Shown here piece after piece: positions 1-12,229 of a DNA stretch of 64,000 nucleotides (the first letter of the stretch is position 1; each line of letters starts with the position of its first letter). Position numbers and translations under genes: made by a program. The notes under the pieces were generated by a model. The model ran no database searches, had not been told where the DNA came from, and was given only the letters and a program-made list of their open reading frames with translations. The stretch is from Vitrella brassicaformis CCMP3155 (taxonomy: Eukaryota > Protista > Chromerida). The stretch lies in the NCBI GenBank assembly GCA_001179505.1, contig CDMY01000040.1, positions 62,001 through 126,000 of the forward strand, read 5' to 3'.

Positions 1-1418
1 ACACTCATCATCATCAGCAAAATCTCCACAAACCTCCGCGTCACTTCCGCGTCGACCGACGGATGCACGAGGGCGTATGCGTGCTGCGCGGTGAAGTTAT
101 CCCTCTCCAGTGCGAACAGGACGTCCTCCGGCACTCCTGGCAGCGGCTCCTGCTTGGGCGGCACCACAATGCTCGGCGCAGGGAGGGGAGGTTTGGGGGG
201 CCGGGGAGGGAGGGGGTGAGCTGATGCCGGCCGAGATACAGAGGCAGCGACGGCCGGCTGGACGGCTTCGGCGTCCAAGAACCCCTGGGAGAGAGACATG
301 AGCGGAGGAATCGTCACCCCGATCGGCCTGTCGGCCTCTCGCGATTCGCCCTGAACAGTTATTGTTGGCATCTCTGGCGATGCAAAGCCGCTGGCACCAT
401 AATAGGGCGCGAAAGCTGGCGGGGCGCCGCCGGCGGCCGGTGGAGGGGGTGGGGTCTTCTGCAGCTGTCTTTGCAGCGCAAAGATGGTGCGGTGGTGCTT
501 CTCATTGATGTACAGCACACAGGCCAGCAGAAGGAAAACGAAGACCACCAGAATCGCCCACTCCTGCGCAACAACACCTAATTCTCCTCACAGAGTCTCC
601 TGCCTGCCTGCCTGCCTGTGTGTAGATGTATACTCGTGTCTCACCAGCCAGAAGTTCCAGTCACTCAGCTGCGTGGGCCCTGTGGAGCCCTCCAAGAGGG
701 CGACAAAGAGGAACCCCGGCAGGCTGGCCAGGAGAGGCACATAGAAGGCTACGCCATAGAAGGACGCCAGGATGCCGATATAGATAAGAAAGAAAGGCAG
801 CAGCGTGCTCGAGTGGGGGATGAGCGGCACGCCGTCAAAATTGCAATCGACCTCCACTGTCCTTTCCACGGGCGCAGTCGCGAGACACGTCACAGTCTCT
901 CTGCAGAAGTCATCGTGCTTTAGGCCGAGCATCAGCGCCACCAGCCTGTCGCAAGATATGGGCCACACGATGAGAAGAGCGCAGAAGTACGGCAGCATCG
1001 GCACCCGCTCGAGCGCCTTTGGCGGAAGAATGGGATAGATGCCGCCCAGAATGACAAGGAAAGCCTGAACGCCGATCTGAATGCCGAACAGGGTGTCTCC
1101 CAGATTGTCGGTGTCCTCCTCTTTGTTGCCGTATAGCATCCATGACCGCATAATGAACAAGCCCATCTGCACAAACAGTGCGGCCACGCCGATGCGGAAG
1201 GCCCGCGTCGAGGGGTCCAACCGCGCCCTCTGCTCCCTCCAGAAAGCCTTCTCGAGCTCCTTGTCCTCGAACCGCATCAGAAACAACTGCTTGGGCATCA
1301 TGGCAGCCAACGCAGTACTCGTCGTCTCTGCCGGTTTGGCTGCGGCCTCCAGGTCAATGCCGTCTGGTGGCGGGGCAGTGGGCGTCTGCTGGGGAGAGCT
1401 GCTGAATGGGTTCGCCAT
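1..1418 (-). CDS. Multi-pass membrane protein, 3'-partial (runs off the window start); N-terminal anchor resembles those of membrane adenylyl/guanylyl cyclases and TM-anchored phosphodiesterases
   Basis: Exon 1418-645 (ATG..WNFWL|GTGAG) splices in phase 0 to a CAG acceptor at 563 (EWAILVVFVFLLLACVLYINEKHHRTIF). The frame stays open to position 1. Contains an 'RFEDKELEKAFW' motif before about 6 hydrophobic segments and an E-x3-R-x2-F motif after the last TM, then a Pro-rich linker. No catalytic domain lies inside the window. Confidence 0.5.
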
Positions 1419-1980
1419 GACGCAGCCCTTACGATAACCGGAGTACGTGCTGCGGCAGGTGAACGCCGCAGCCAAACGAGGACGAGACCCAGTGCAGTGC
1501 CATCTTGTGGTGGGGACCGCGAGAAGAGATCGGAAGAAAGACTGGGGGCTTTGGTGGGGCAGCCGTTTCGGGGCAGTTTCGATCGCGTGCGAAAACTCAC
1601 GCCAGCAAGAGGCTCTCAGATACTCTCAAACTGTCGTTGTATGTAAGACACAGACGAGGCACCATACTGCAGCGCGAGACACCAAAGATCTATGCGCCTA
1701 TGACTTACTACTTGGTGAAGAAGCTCAAAAGATCTGAAGAGACGCGGACCGTGTGCAGTACGCCAGCCACACACACAGGCGCACACACCCCACAACAGAC
1801 AAAGCAACCCCGTTGGGCATACATCTATTGCTTGGCTACGCTCACTGTCTGTCTGTCTGTCTGTCTGCCTGTGTGTCAGTGTGTCTGTGTGTCTGTCTCG
1901 CATTGTTGGAGACACTGGATTGCAAACAGCCGGCGGCACTTACTCCTGTCTACCTCTACAGGCCGCCCACGATGCACTAG

Positions 1981-3672
1981 CTAAGTAGCAAGGAACTTGT
2001 TGAGGGGATGGTCAGCCTGCGGGTTGTCATTGGTGACCTTGGGGCTTCTGTCGCTATGCTGCCTCTCCTGCCCGGCGCCCGTCACCCGCACCAGTGCCTG
2101 GAAAACACTCGATGACCTCCGTGCCCCTTGGTCAGGTGACATCACAACCTGCCGGCTTTTCCCTGGTGTTTGGCTGGTCCTGCGGGAAGTGGGGGAGGGA
2201 TCGTTTGGAGCGACTGATGGGACCTTGACCAACCAGCCATCCAACACACGTATTCATTATTTCTACATGTGTCTCCATCCCACCTGAACAGGAATGGGAA
2301 CCGAGGTGCATTGATTTGCCTGGACATCATGCTGGAGCCCTGTCGAGACCCTCGTGGCGATTTGGTCGTCGCCCCGGTCGCCGTCCCCCGCGACGTGGGG
2401 CTCATTGGGGTGACCGCAGGGCTTCTTGACGTGTTGGTCGATCGACGACGGGCCTCGGCGCGAACTGCATTCATACATGGACACAACCAATCGTTGAGTT
2501 GCTGCATGCTTCGTTGGTTGGTTGGCGTAATTACGTCTTTCAGCTCTCCAGTGGCTGGTGGCGTCAAATCCCTCTGGAAGGGCTATCAGCGCCTGGACCA
2601 ATAGAATCAGCACAGGAGGATGGTGGCTGTGATGAGTTTGCGTGTGTAGGCACGCGTGCTCACCCTGCCACCCCTCCGAGAAGGGGTCACATCTCTGACA
2701 CATGACAGAGACACAAGAGATAGAGTGGGCCACAACCCGTCCCTCCATCCCTTTGTTCCTTACTGTCCGGTCGGGCTTAACAGCCCCTCGGAGTCACAAT
2801 GCGCCGCAGTCGCCGATATGGACACCTGTCGCCTCCTGTCGGCCTTACCCGCACTCCCACGGGAGCTGGCACTGCCCTCACCAGACGACTCGCCCTCTGC
2901 ATCTCGCAGGAGAGAGGCTGGCGGTTCGGACAGAGACAGTGGCGCCCGTGGTGGCCCCACTGGAGGGGGCAGATTCTCAGGGGCTGACGGCCTATGACGG
3001 CAGCCACCTTGCTGGGTTGGCGGAGGGGCGTTGGCGGGCTGATGCTGGCTGCTCGTGGGTGGCAAGACGGTCTTCTCAAGTGGTGATGGGACGGCTTTAG
3101 GCTCTGATGAGAGAGTGCCCAATGTTGTAGCGCCAACGGACGCTGGCGACCCGCTGTCTTCCCCAATGGAGCCGGGGAGGAGGAGTGGGCGTGCCTCGGG
3201 GCTGGCATCATCGACGCCGCCATCCTGAATCAAACCAAGACATACACTGGGATGGGTTGTTGTGTCGTGTCCCATCCCACCTCAGCTAAGTTGAATCTGA
3301 ATCCCCTCATGGCCACCGTCCCCGGTTTCCGCCCACCCGCAGCGTCGGGCAGGTCTGGAGGATCGCTGGGCCGTGCCGGCAGGAAGACACCATTCGCGTC
3401 AGGGGCATTGTCACCTTCGTCCTTATCTCGCTCGTCACGCTCGCGTAGGTGCGCTGTCTCCTAGTCAACGACTGCAGGCAGGCAGGGAGGCAGACGACAG
3501 GTGCCTTCATTCTTGGGTTGTCTGTGCGTTGTTTAATGTGGACGGGACCTCATCTCTGGTCCCGATCGATGTGATGCTGCCGGCGCGACTGTTGGACCTC
3601 TTGGAGCCGTGGGGGCTCACTGCTCACACACACACACACACACACACATATTGTCCGACCCTCCGAAGGCAG

Positions 3673-3704
<32 letters not shown>

Positions 3705-6700
3705 GGGCCCACCGAATGGATGTGGTGCGCCCGCTGCTCCACACGGCAGAGCAGATTAGCCACGAGCTCCTGCGTGCATGCGACAGAGATGAGACATACA
3801 TGGTTGGACGTGCTGCCCCGTGCAAATGTATTGATTGTGCGTGTCTTCCGTACCTCTGATGAGTCAACCTTGCGAATGCTGGGTTTGACAACAGCGGCTG
3901 ATGCCCGCCCTTGTGATGCCGAGGACCGCCTCGGCGCGATGCCCTTTGCGACCCCGGGCGGCAAGCCCGCCGAGCTGCTGCGGCTCCTGAAAATCAGACA
4001 GAGAGCAAGCAAGACAACGTATGGGGACGTCCTCGCAATGGATGTCTCTGCGTGTCGCCCATATACTTTGATCGCATGAAGATGCTGTCGCCGTCATCGT
4101 CCATGAAGACGCGAGTGCGCCGATGGTGACGCTGAGAGACATGAGAAATGCATCAGCAAGCAGCAGAGATGCATCGTGGCACGCTCCAGCTCACTCACTT
4201 TGGGCTCTGTGTCGTCCATGTGGTGGTCGTGGTCATCATCGTCGTGGTCGTCAGACCCGAAGCTGCCGCCGCTGCCTCCCTTGGCCACCCGACGCCTACT
4301 GCCCAATTCAGACAGCAGACCCTGGGTGCTGTGAATCGCATTCATCAAATCTACAGCAACCTACACACACATACAGACCATCACGCGCGCACACACACAG
4401 GGTCAGTGTGCATTCGCCGAAAAAGTGGATGAAGTGACTGACTTCTTGCAGCTGGGTCTTGGGGTCGGCTCCCTGCACAGAGAGGGTCTTGCTTAGGGGG
4501 AAGAATGAGTACAGGTGGTGCTCCAGCTGCTCTATCACATACTGCTCGGATCCGGTGAACTCAAGTGGCTCCTTTTGTGCGAGATGGAAGAGCAAGCCAA
4601 TGTATTCCCACAGATCATGTTCCTTGTTCAGATGCACAATAAATCCAGGGCCATATCTGCACACACACAGACAGCACGGCAAACCTTCGTTGAGGGCTTC
4701 TTCTTGCTTCGAGTTGGCCGACCTGTTGATGATTGGCCTGGTGAGTCCGCACACGAGGCACTCATTCTCCAGTGTCTCCATAAAGATGCGATGCTCGTCT
4801 CGTGCCTTGCCCAGCCCGTCAACCAGAAGAGCCAGTATCAGATTCAACATGTACATGTTGATCACCAGAAAAAACGCAAAGTCAAAAAACCACCGGGGGG
4901 GGTTGTTTGGGTCCATTTACATCGAGACACACGCAGACGGCCACACGTATGGCCGTCTCTCGCTCTGTAGCCGTATTAGGTGAGTGACTGACTGACCGGA
5001 AGTAGAAGAGTGCGTCTCTTTCGATGTTTTGCAGCTCGTCCTCATTGCGGTCAAACAGCGACTGCCGCCCGGCGTCGTACCAAATGGGGCGAATCACATC
5101 TGCGATGCCGCCATTGGCTCTGAACCCCATGTTGGCGGTATACAGGAAGACATTCAGCAGAGAATTCCCGTAGTACGTGCCCTGCATCAACACATCATCC
5201 GCACACATGTGGGTGCATGTTGGTGTGGTGTGTTGAGACAGCCCTACCTGCCATGAGCCGGGCCAGATGGACATGGCGCGGTTAAAGAGTACGTAGCCGG
5301 CAGCCGAGAAGACAAAGGCCAACACGACCGACAGGGCGAAGAGGCGGGCAATGACGCCAAGCTTGCCCTTGATCTTCTTGAGAGTCCCATCAAGACCTGC
5401 ACACGCACACAGACACGAGACATCGATGAAGGTGAGGCGCTCAGCCACTCAGGCGCCCACCGGACACGATGATAAATTCCACGAGCGTTATGGACACGAA
5501 TATGGGGTGGAGGATGAGCCCGAACAGACAGAAGATGGCATAGCATAGCCGATACCAGCTGTTCCAATTGTAGAACAGAGAACCTGACAAGCACACACAT
5601 CACACACACACCACAGCGTTGATGGGAGTGATGCCTTGATGAATGGGTGCACGAACTTAGAAAGAAAACGGTGAATGCCAGCTTGTCCCTGCCCTCCGTG
5701 ATGCTGTCGAAATGCCTCACCCACCGATGCAGCCAATAGCTACACACACACACGTGTACATAGTGGCGCTATTGGTCATTCATTCACTCACTGAAAAGAC
5801 GGTCCGCCGTCAGGCAATGGGCCCGTGAAGCTCCTCTTGGCAGCGCTCTGATGTGTCAGGGTGGACATGCTTCGCGCATATCCGAGGGTGGACCTGCTCT
5901 TGTGGAAGTCCTTGCCCCTGGTCTTCGGTGAGCCCTCAGCCACGATGAGCCTTGCCTTCGGCGACACCTCGGTCACATTACGCGACGCCCTCTTCTGAAT
6001 GATCTCGTCTGAACCCAATGGAATCGCCTCTGTTGACAAACTGACACACACATCACACAAGGATATTCGTGGCGCTGTCCCCGCGCTTCCCCCATTCACA
6101 CACCTGTTCATGACGTTCATGGGCAGGTAGTTTGATGTCTCAATGGCGAGCATAATAAGTGCGACCCCCAGGTGAATCCAGCCGGCCGATGTGAAGATGT
6201 AGTCGCCCCACGGGTGTGCCCAATGGAACTCCCAGGTAAAAGACAGCGGTGCTTGCAGCTCCTCCTCTGACATGCAGTAGTAGCAGTCATCTTCGTTGAA
6301 TCTCTCGATGCCCAGGGGCGGGTGGTTCTTGTTGTTGTTGCCAAGCATAAGGAACACAGCCATGATGCTATTCGCTACCTACGTGCATCATCACAACAGG
6401 AATGTGGGCATCTGTACGTATTATGGTGGTCGGCACTCACGAGTGAGAGTCCGAATAGGACACACGAGATGGCGTAGCTGCTGGTCGTGCTGAACCAGCT
6501 GCCCATCCAGCCGATGCGCCACTTGTCCAGCCATGCCTGCCGCTTGGCCACCCATCGGCTGCAGGCAAGGATGGTCATGCCCACGCCCATAATGAGCGTC
6601 AGGTGCCGCCGCTGGCTGCCCAGCTCCAGCTTCTGGAATAAGATCTGGCGGCAGAGATTGGGGTCGAGCGAGAAGAAGTAGATGAGCTCGGGAGGCACAG

Positions 6701-8859
6701 GGAAATACAACACCTCTGCAGGAAGCCACTTGGTGAGTTGCTTATGTGCGCTGTGTCTCTGAGTCTTTTCTCGCTCACCAAGGACACCATTGCGATCGAT
6801 TTCGACTCGTGCGACCTTGAGAACGGCCCGCATCCGTAGGGATGCCCACCTCTCGTTGAGGGAGGTGTTGCGGACCCAAAACATAGACCAGCGCTCCATA
6901 CCACGCAGCGACGGATGGCCGGCTGAAGCATTAATGGGACGGACAGGGAGACAGACACATCGGTGCATCCATGTGCTGCATCTGTTATGTATGTGTGTGT
7001 ACCTACTCGGATGGAAGATGTCCATTGAATCCGCCAGCTGGTAGAGCAAGGCCAGCACCTGACTCGACGCCTCCGCGTCCAACGCCTTGACATTGTCCGC
7101 CATCTCCTGTATGGGTCGTCACAGGCAGACGCCACGGAATTATCTTGTAGTCGACGAAAATGACTGGTCGGCTCACCCGTTCGAGTATTTTGTAGTAGTG
7201 TTCTATGCGTCTGAGAAGCACCTGTTTCTTGAAGTGGAGGATGAACTGCAGAATGCAGTCTTCCTCCTCTGGGCGACCCTAACACAACCGACACCCATCC
7301 TCCCTCCTCTTTTCCCATACATGGCGCTTCAGGCACGTGTACGGACCTTTTCATAAAGCTCGAGCAATGACACAAGGAATGTCAGAATAGACTCTTCCAG
7401 CGACTCCTCGTTGCCGTCTATCTCTCTCTCCTCCTCCAACACAGACTCGGGCAGCTGCTCCAGCAGACGGAACGCCTCCAAATGGAGACCGTACACAAGC
7501 GTCTTCACCTGAGCACACAAACGCGCAAACACCGTGGCACGCACACCCGTATATGACAGCTCCCTTGGCGCTTGTCCGACGACGAGTGGACTACCTGATT
7601 TGCGTAGCAAGGGCCCTGCAGAGTCTCGGTGACGGTGCGGAGGCACCTGTGGATGATCTCTATCTTATTGTTGGCTATGTACTGCTCAGCGTTGATCAAC
7701 ACGGTCCTCACTGTGTCGCACAGCCGGTCCATGATGCCCAGAGGATTCAATGCCCTGCAAAGAATAGACACAGATGCAGAGACTTGATACACCATCCAGT
7801 TCGGTGTCTCATTGGCGTCTCCATTTTCGACCTTTGTGAGATCTTTTGATGGTGCTCACAGAGGGCCTTGACGCAGTTTAGAAAAGCGGCAAGGAATGGC
7901 TGCGACGCGAGACCGCTCACAGACCTGCCATACTCGTCCGTGCCGATGGTGCGGCCCTCTACCTGAGCAATGCGAGACAGCAGCGCACCATGCCGCCCTG
8001 CCGTCTGGTCGACGTCGGATGGCACAAAAAAGTGTATGCACAGCTCGTCGAAATCCATGGGGCTCGTGTCCAGCTGCTGCGAGGCCAAGTCGCCCAATAT
8101 GGTCATAATACAATGCAGCAGTAGACACAGCAGTTTCTCCATGCCCATCAGCCCCTGCTTCACGCCAAAGTTAACGAAGCCCTCCTCGTCCTCTGCTGCT
8201 GGTTCCTCTTCCTGCCGTGTCTGGTTTGTCGCGTCCACGCCGTCGTTGGTGTGGTTGCCCAGGCCGTCGTCTTCCTCATCTTTCAAATACACCTCCTCCA
8301 ACTGGTCAATCACCCGCTCCCCAATCATCCGCAGCGCCTCTGTGAAGCGGACATAACCGATGAAGGCGATCGATGGCGGCAGGTTGAGACGAAAGGCAGA
8401 TGGCGGCGGCGTCTCCACACACCGCCGAAGCAGCGTCCCAATGGCGTTCTCGCTCGTGCCGGTCAGGGCCATCGTGCCTCGCCGTGGGGGTGCAGGCACG
8501 CCTGTGTCGTGGAACACGGGACTCTCGAACACGTTCCTCTCCGAGAGAAGGGTCATGATCTCCTGCAGCCTCGTAGATAGCATATGCAGAGAGTTGTAGT
8601 CGAGTGCTGTGGGGAATGGCGGGACGGAGCGAGCGAATTCCTGAATCCATCGGATCTCCTCCTCAATCTCGTCCTCCCACGCCAGCACGAATGCGCTGTG
8701 CCGCTTGTGCTCGCCGCTGCCCTCCCCTCCAGGTAACACCGACGGCAGCCCGAACCAGGTATCACGGATGGTCGTGGTTGTGCGAGAGCGGAAGGTGACG
8801 CCTGGCCTCTGATCATAGGAGTGCCCCCGCCTGGGCGGCGACCTGAAGTCCTCCTGCAT
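1981..8859 (-). CDS. IP3 receptor / ryanodine receptor-family Ca2+-release channel-like protein (RIH-associated domain + ion-transport domain + C-terminal CxxC..H..H region), multi-exon; 5' start and 3' tail exons approximate
   Basis: Ordered family motifs on the minus strand: FLNCVKALCEHHQ (cf. FLQLLCENHN); TVTETLQGPCYANQ (~7597-7630; cf. LTEYxQGPCxENQ); VEIDRNG..EVLYFPVP (cf. IEIVR..IVFPVP); several TM exons; pore GFRANGGIAD (5098-5127); WFFDFAFFLVINMYMLNLILALLVDGLGKARDE (TM6); ECLVCG..HLNKEHDLWEY..FTGSEQYV..FFP (cf. CFICG..H..EHNMWHY..YTGPESYV..WFP). Introns are GT-AG with microsatellites. Confidence 0.85.
3625..3704. repeat. Adjacent (CA)12 and interrupted (TC)n microsatellites, representative of the many intronic microsatellites in the window
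   Basis: Read directly from the sequence. Confidence 0.9.
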
Positions 8860-9698
8860 CCTCCTCCTGCAGTCTGCTTCTCAAAACACCCGCATGAGTG
8901 AGACGGACGGAGCGGGGAGGGGTCGAGTGAAGGATGTACGCCTCCCGTCAATTGCCTCCCCTCGAAGCGCCGACCCGATGTTGTATGTTGTCCTGATTCC
9001 TCACAATCTCACTCCTTCGGTGGGGGCAAGTGGGGGTGTGAGACGCCATCATAATGCAAACCGCTGCAGACATATGGATCTTTGCGAAGGTCGAGATCCT
9101 CTGGCGGGGTTCCAATTAGTCTATCCATGTGCACCCTCCACGCAGCCATCCATTCCATCCATCCATGCACACCAGCTGCACACTATGCGGACAGACACAA
9201 ACGGAACAGGGGAAAAAGAAGGCAGGTCCACCCGTGCAGTCAGTCCATCCATCCATCCATCCAGAAACAACACAGCACCGCCGCGCAGCCACAGCCACAG
9301 CCACACGCACGTATCAACACACCGTCCAAACAGCCAGGGTAAAGCCGCCAACATGATTTTTCCATCACGGTGCTTGTGAGTGCATCTGGCCCTTCATTTC
9401 TTTACCGTTGCGTCGCCGAGCCAATGCAGCACAAGGAAGAAGACCCTTCCTTGTTTGTGCTGCACTGAGCAGGCCGACGCAACGGTAAAGAAATGAACAG
9501 CCGACGGCGGCAACAAGCAAGACGAGCAGACTCTCACTACTCGACAGCCAGACAAACAAACCCATCCATCCATCCATCCATCCAATGCGTCCGACCCCGC
9601 CCACCGCAGGCTCATCCAAACGCTACCTAGCTTCACGTATCAACAAGCAAGGAAGTATGCCCACTCCCGTCCCCTTCTATCAGCCCTTCTATCGGCAT

Positions 9699-10796
9699 CT
9701 ATGCGCCTCTGTACTTGATGACCTCCACCTTGTCCACAAACTCCTCGCTGCAGAATTTGGCGAAGGCCTCGTGTGCGAGCAAGAGACTCTGCGCCTCTTC
9801 GCTGCCCAGGTTCACCATCAGCACCACCGTCGGGATCACGTGCCCCTTGTACACCTCCCAGACGGTGTTGTCCGGGATCACACCCGCCGGCCAGATCTTG
9901 TCCTTGAGCGACCCGAGGGCCATGAGCGTCTCGGGGCATCGGAACTCCTTGGGTGTGACGCGGATCACCGTCAGGAACGACGTGCCGCCCTGGGCCTGAT
10001 GAGGCACGGCGGCCGCCGCCACGCCCTGGGTGCCCTCGCCACGCACACGCCCGTACGTCATGACCGGCAGGGCACCTGGCATGCCACCTGAAGACACACG
10101 ACACACGCACAAGGGCAACAGATAGTCAGGTCAGATGTATCGATGTCTGCACGTCGGTGTGCGCTTACCGGGATACATCGGAACTGGAACCATATAGCCA
10201 CCGCTGCCAGTCGAGTAGCCGCTGAGCCCCTACACCAGCAAAGATATCCAGAGACCACAAGATCAACAAGGTCAGGTCCGCGCATGTGTCGACAAAAAGA
10301 CGATCTGATCTCCTGCCTTTGTAGGGTGTGCATTCGCGTACCAGAGGGCTTCCAGTGCTCCCAACCATCGGCATAACCATGGGCATCTGCACGTATGGAG
10401 CAGGCATGGCTGCCCCGCCCGCCGTGCCGTACCCTGCTACGGTATATCCTCCAGTGGTGGTATAGGTGGCGCTACCGCTATTGCCACCTGTGGGGTAGGT
10501 GGGGTAGGTGCCTCCAGTGGCGTCGGGCGCGTTCGGACCAGCCTGCACAGTGGTCGAAGCTGGAGCAGCGGCGGCGGTCGCAGTGGTGGTCGGAGTGGCC
10601 ATGGGCACGGCAGTCGCCACGGTGGCCGGCACGGTAGTCGGTACCGAACCTGAAAGAGCGCCACAGAGGTGATGAAATGCACAGGGATGCATGCTCTCGT
10701 ATTGTAGGCATGTTGTGTTGCGTGCGGCTTCTCACCCATGTACATGGCAGGATACCCGCCCGCCGTGGGGTAGGCCGAAACGCCGTACGAATACAT
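9699..10796 (-). CDS. Hypothetical protein, 4 exons; Tyr/Gly/Ala/Thr/Pro-rich low-complexity N-terminus plus a ~120-aa globular-looking C-terminal domain
   Basis: Exons 10796-10736, 10649-10342, a short exon (GLSGYSTGSGGYMVPVPMYP) and a final exon ending KYRGA-TAG join with GT-AG sites; phases were checked at the first and last junctions. No family recognised. Confidence 0.7.
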
Positions 10797-10913
10797 ATCG
10801 CCAACAAGTCTACCAACAACGCCCAGGCTCTTAGGGCTGAGTGAAACACAACTCAGCTGTGTAAACCACCAAGCAACGCGGAGTTCATTCATTCAAATCT
10901 GCCTAATCTCACG

Positions 10914-12229
10914 ATGAAGGTCTTCATTTTGACGCTGGCTTTGAGTTGCATCATCCTCTGCAGTGGTCTGTTGGCTGCATCCGGCTCCCACGCTTCGGTC
11001 AAAGCGGAGGCGCAGATCCAGGCCCGCCTGATGGCGAAGGAGCGGCTGCTTCCTGTCGTTGGCACGGTGAATCATGACCCCCACACACAATCTCACACAG
11101 ACCGTCACTTGAATCATTCATCTGTTGCTTTGTGTTGTGCTGGTCTGCCAGTTGCTTCGTCTGTTCCTCACCCGCACTGGTGAGGCGCTCCCTGCACCGA
11201 CACAATGACACGTCACGACACACAGCACCAACATCTTGTGTGGTCATCTTGTGTAGATCCCAGCTACGACGATCAAGAGTACGCCAGAAAGACGCAGGCG
11301 CCGCAGCCGGTCATCATTCTGAAGAAGGCCGAGATCAACCAGCCCATCCCGACTTGGTTCAACGAGCCCTTCACCGAGAAGGCCCTTCAGCGCATCTCTG
11401 CCATGGATGAGGAGGACAGCCAACACCGCCACATCGACAGAGGCATTGCCAAAGTCATGTGGAATCTGAGACAGGTGCGGTGGGTGGGTGGGGATGAAGA
11501 GGACCCACGATGAGAGGGGTGTGTGTGTGTGTGTCTTCCTCCGCGCACAGGAGCTTGAGGCGCCTTACCTCAGCACTCTCATGGACCCTGAGCGAAGTGA
11601 AAGAGAGACAGAGAAACGGCAGCATTTGCATCACTTTCTTTTGTCATCGTTCAGGTGGCGAGTTCGGCTCAGGCAACTTGCTGCGCACGTCTCTGAGAGG
11701 CATCAAGGAGACCCTCGACGACAAGCTGCCCATTGCGGCCCAGTACATCACGGGCAAAGCACAGATCGGCACCCCGTTCACTGACTACATCAAGTGACAG
11801 AGAAAGACATCACAGCAGCAGGGAGTTGACAGGAACAGCCAGCCGAATTGATGGCTTCTTCCCCATTATTCATTTGTCAGGTCTCGTCAGACGGTTCGCT
11901 ACCAGCCGCCATTTCTGACCCACTACAACCGAGCGTATAAGACCATGCACCCCAACAAACAGCACTTCGCCTACCTGAGCGACAAGACGCCGCAGCTGAC
12001 GCCGCACGAGGCGCGCCGCCTCGTCAAGCTGCTTGGACGCGTCAAAGAGATGAGGATGATTGCAAACCGACTGTGTGTGTGTGTGTGTGTGTGTGTGTGA
12101 GATGCGCGAATGAATGCGCTTCGCGTGTGTTGGTTTCAGGTGATCAATGAGCAGTTCACACCTACTCTCGTCGAGCGCGGCGACGTGTATCGGCATCGCG
12201 GCGATGCAAAGGGCGTGCCGCCACCATGA
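10914..12229 (+). CDS. Hypothetical secreted protein (signal peptide), multi-exon; 3' end uncertain (11797 if unspliced)
   Basis: MKVFILTLALSCIILCSGLLAA signal peptide. Phase-consistent exons 10914-11066, 11152-11179 and 11257 onward. A probable splice ATC AA|gtgac..tcag|G TCT continues into SRQTVRYQPPFLTHYNRAYK. The donor before the last exon is ambiguous within a (TG)n tract. Confidence 0.6.
12072..12099. repeat. (TG)14 microsatellite at a probable exon/intron boundary
   Basis: Read directly from the sequence. Confidence 0.9.
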
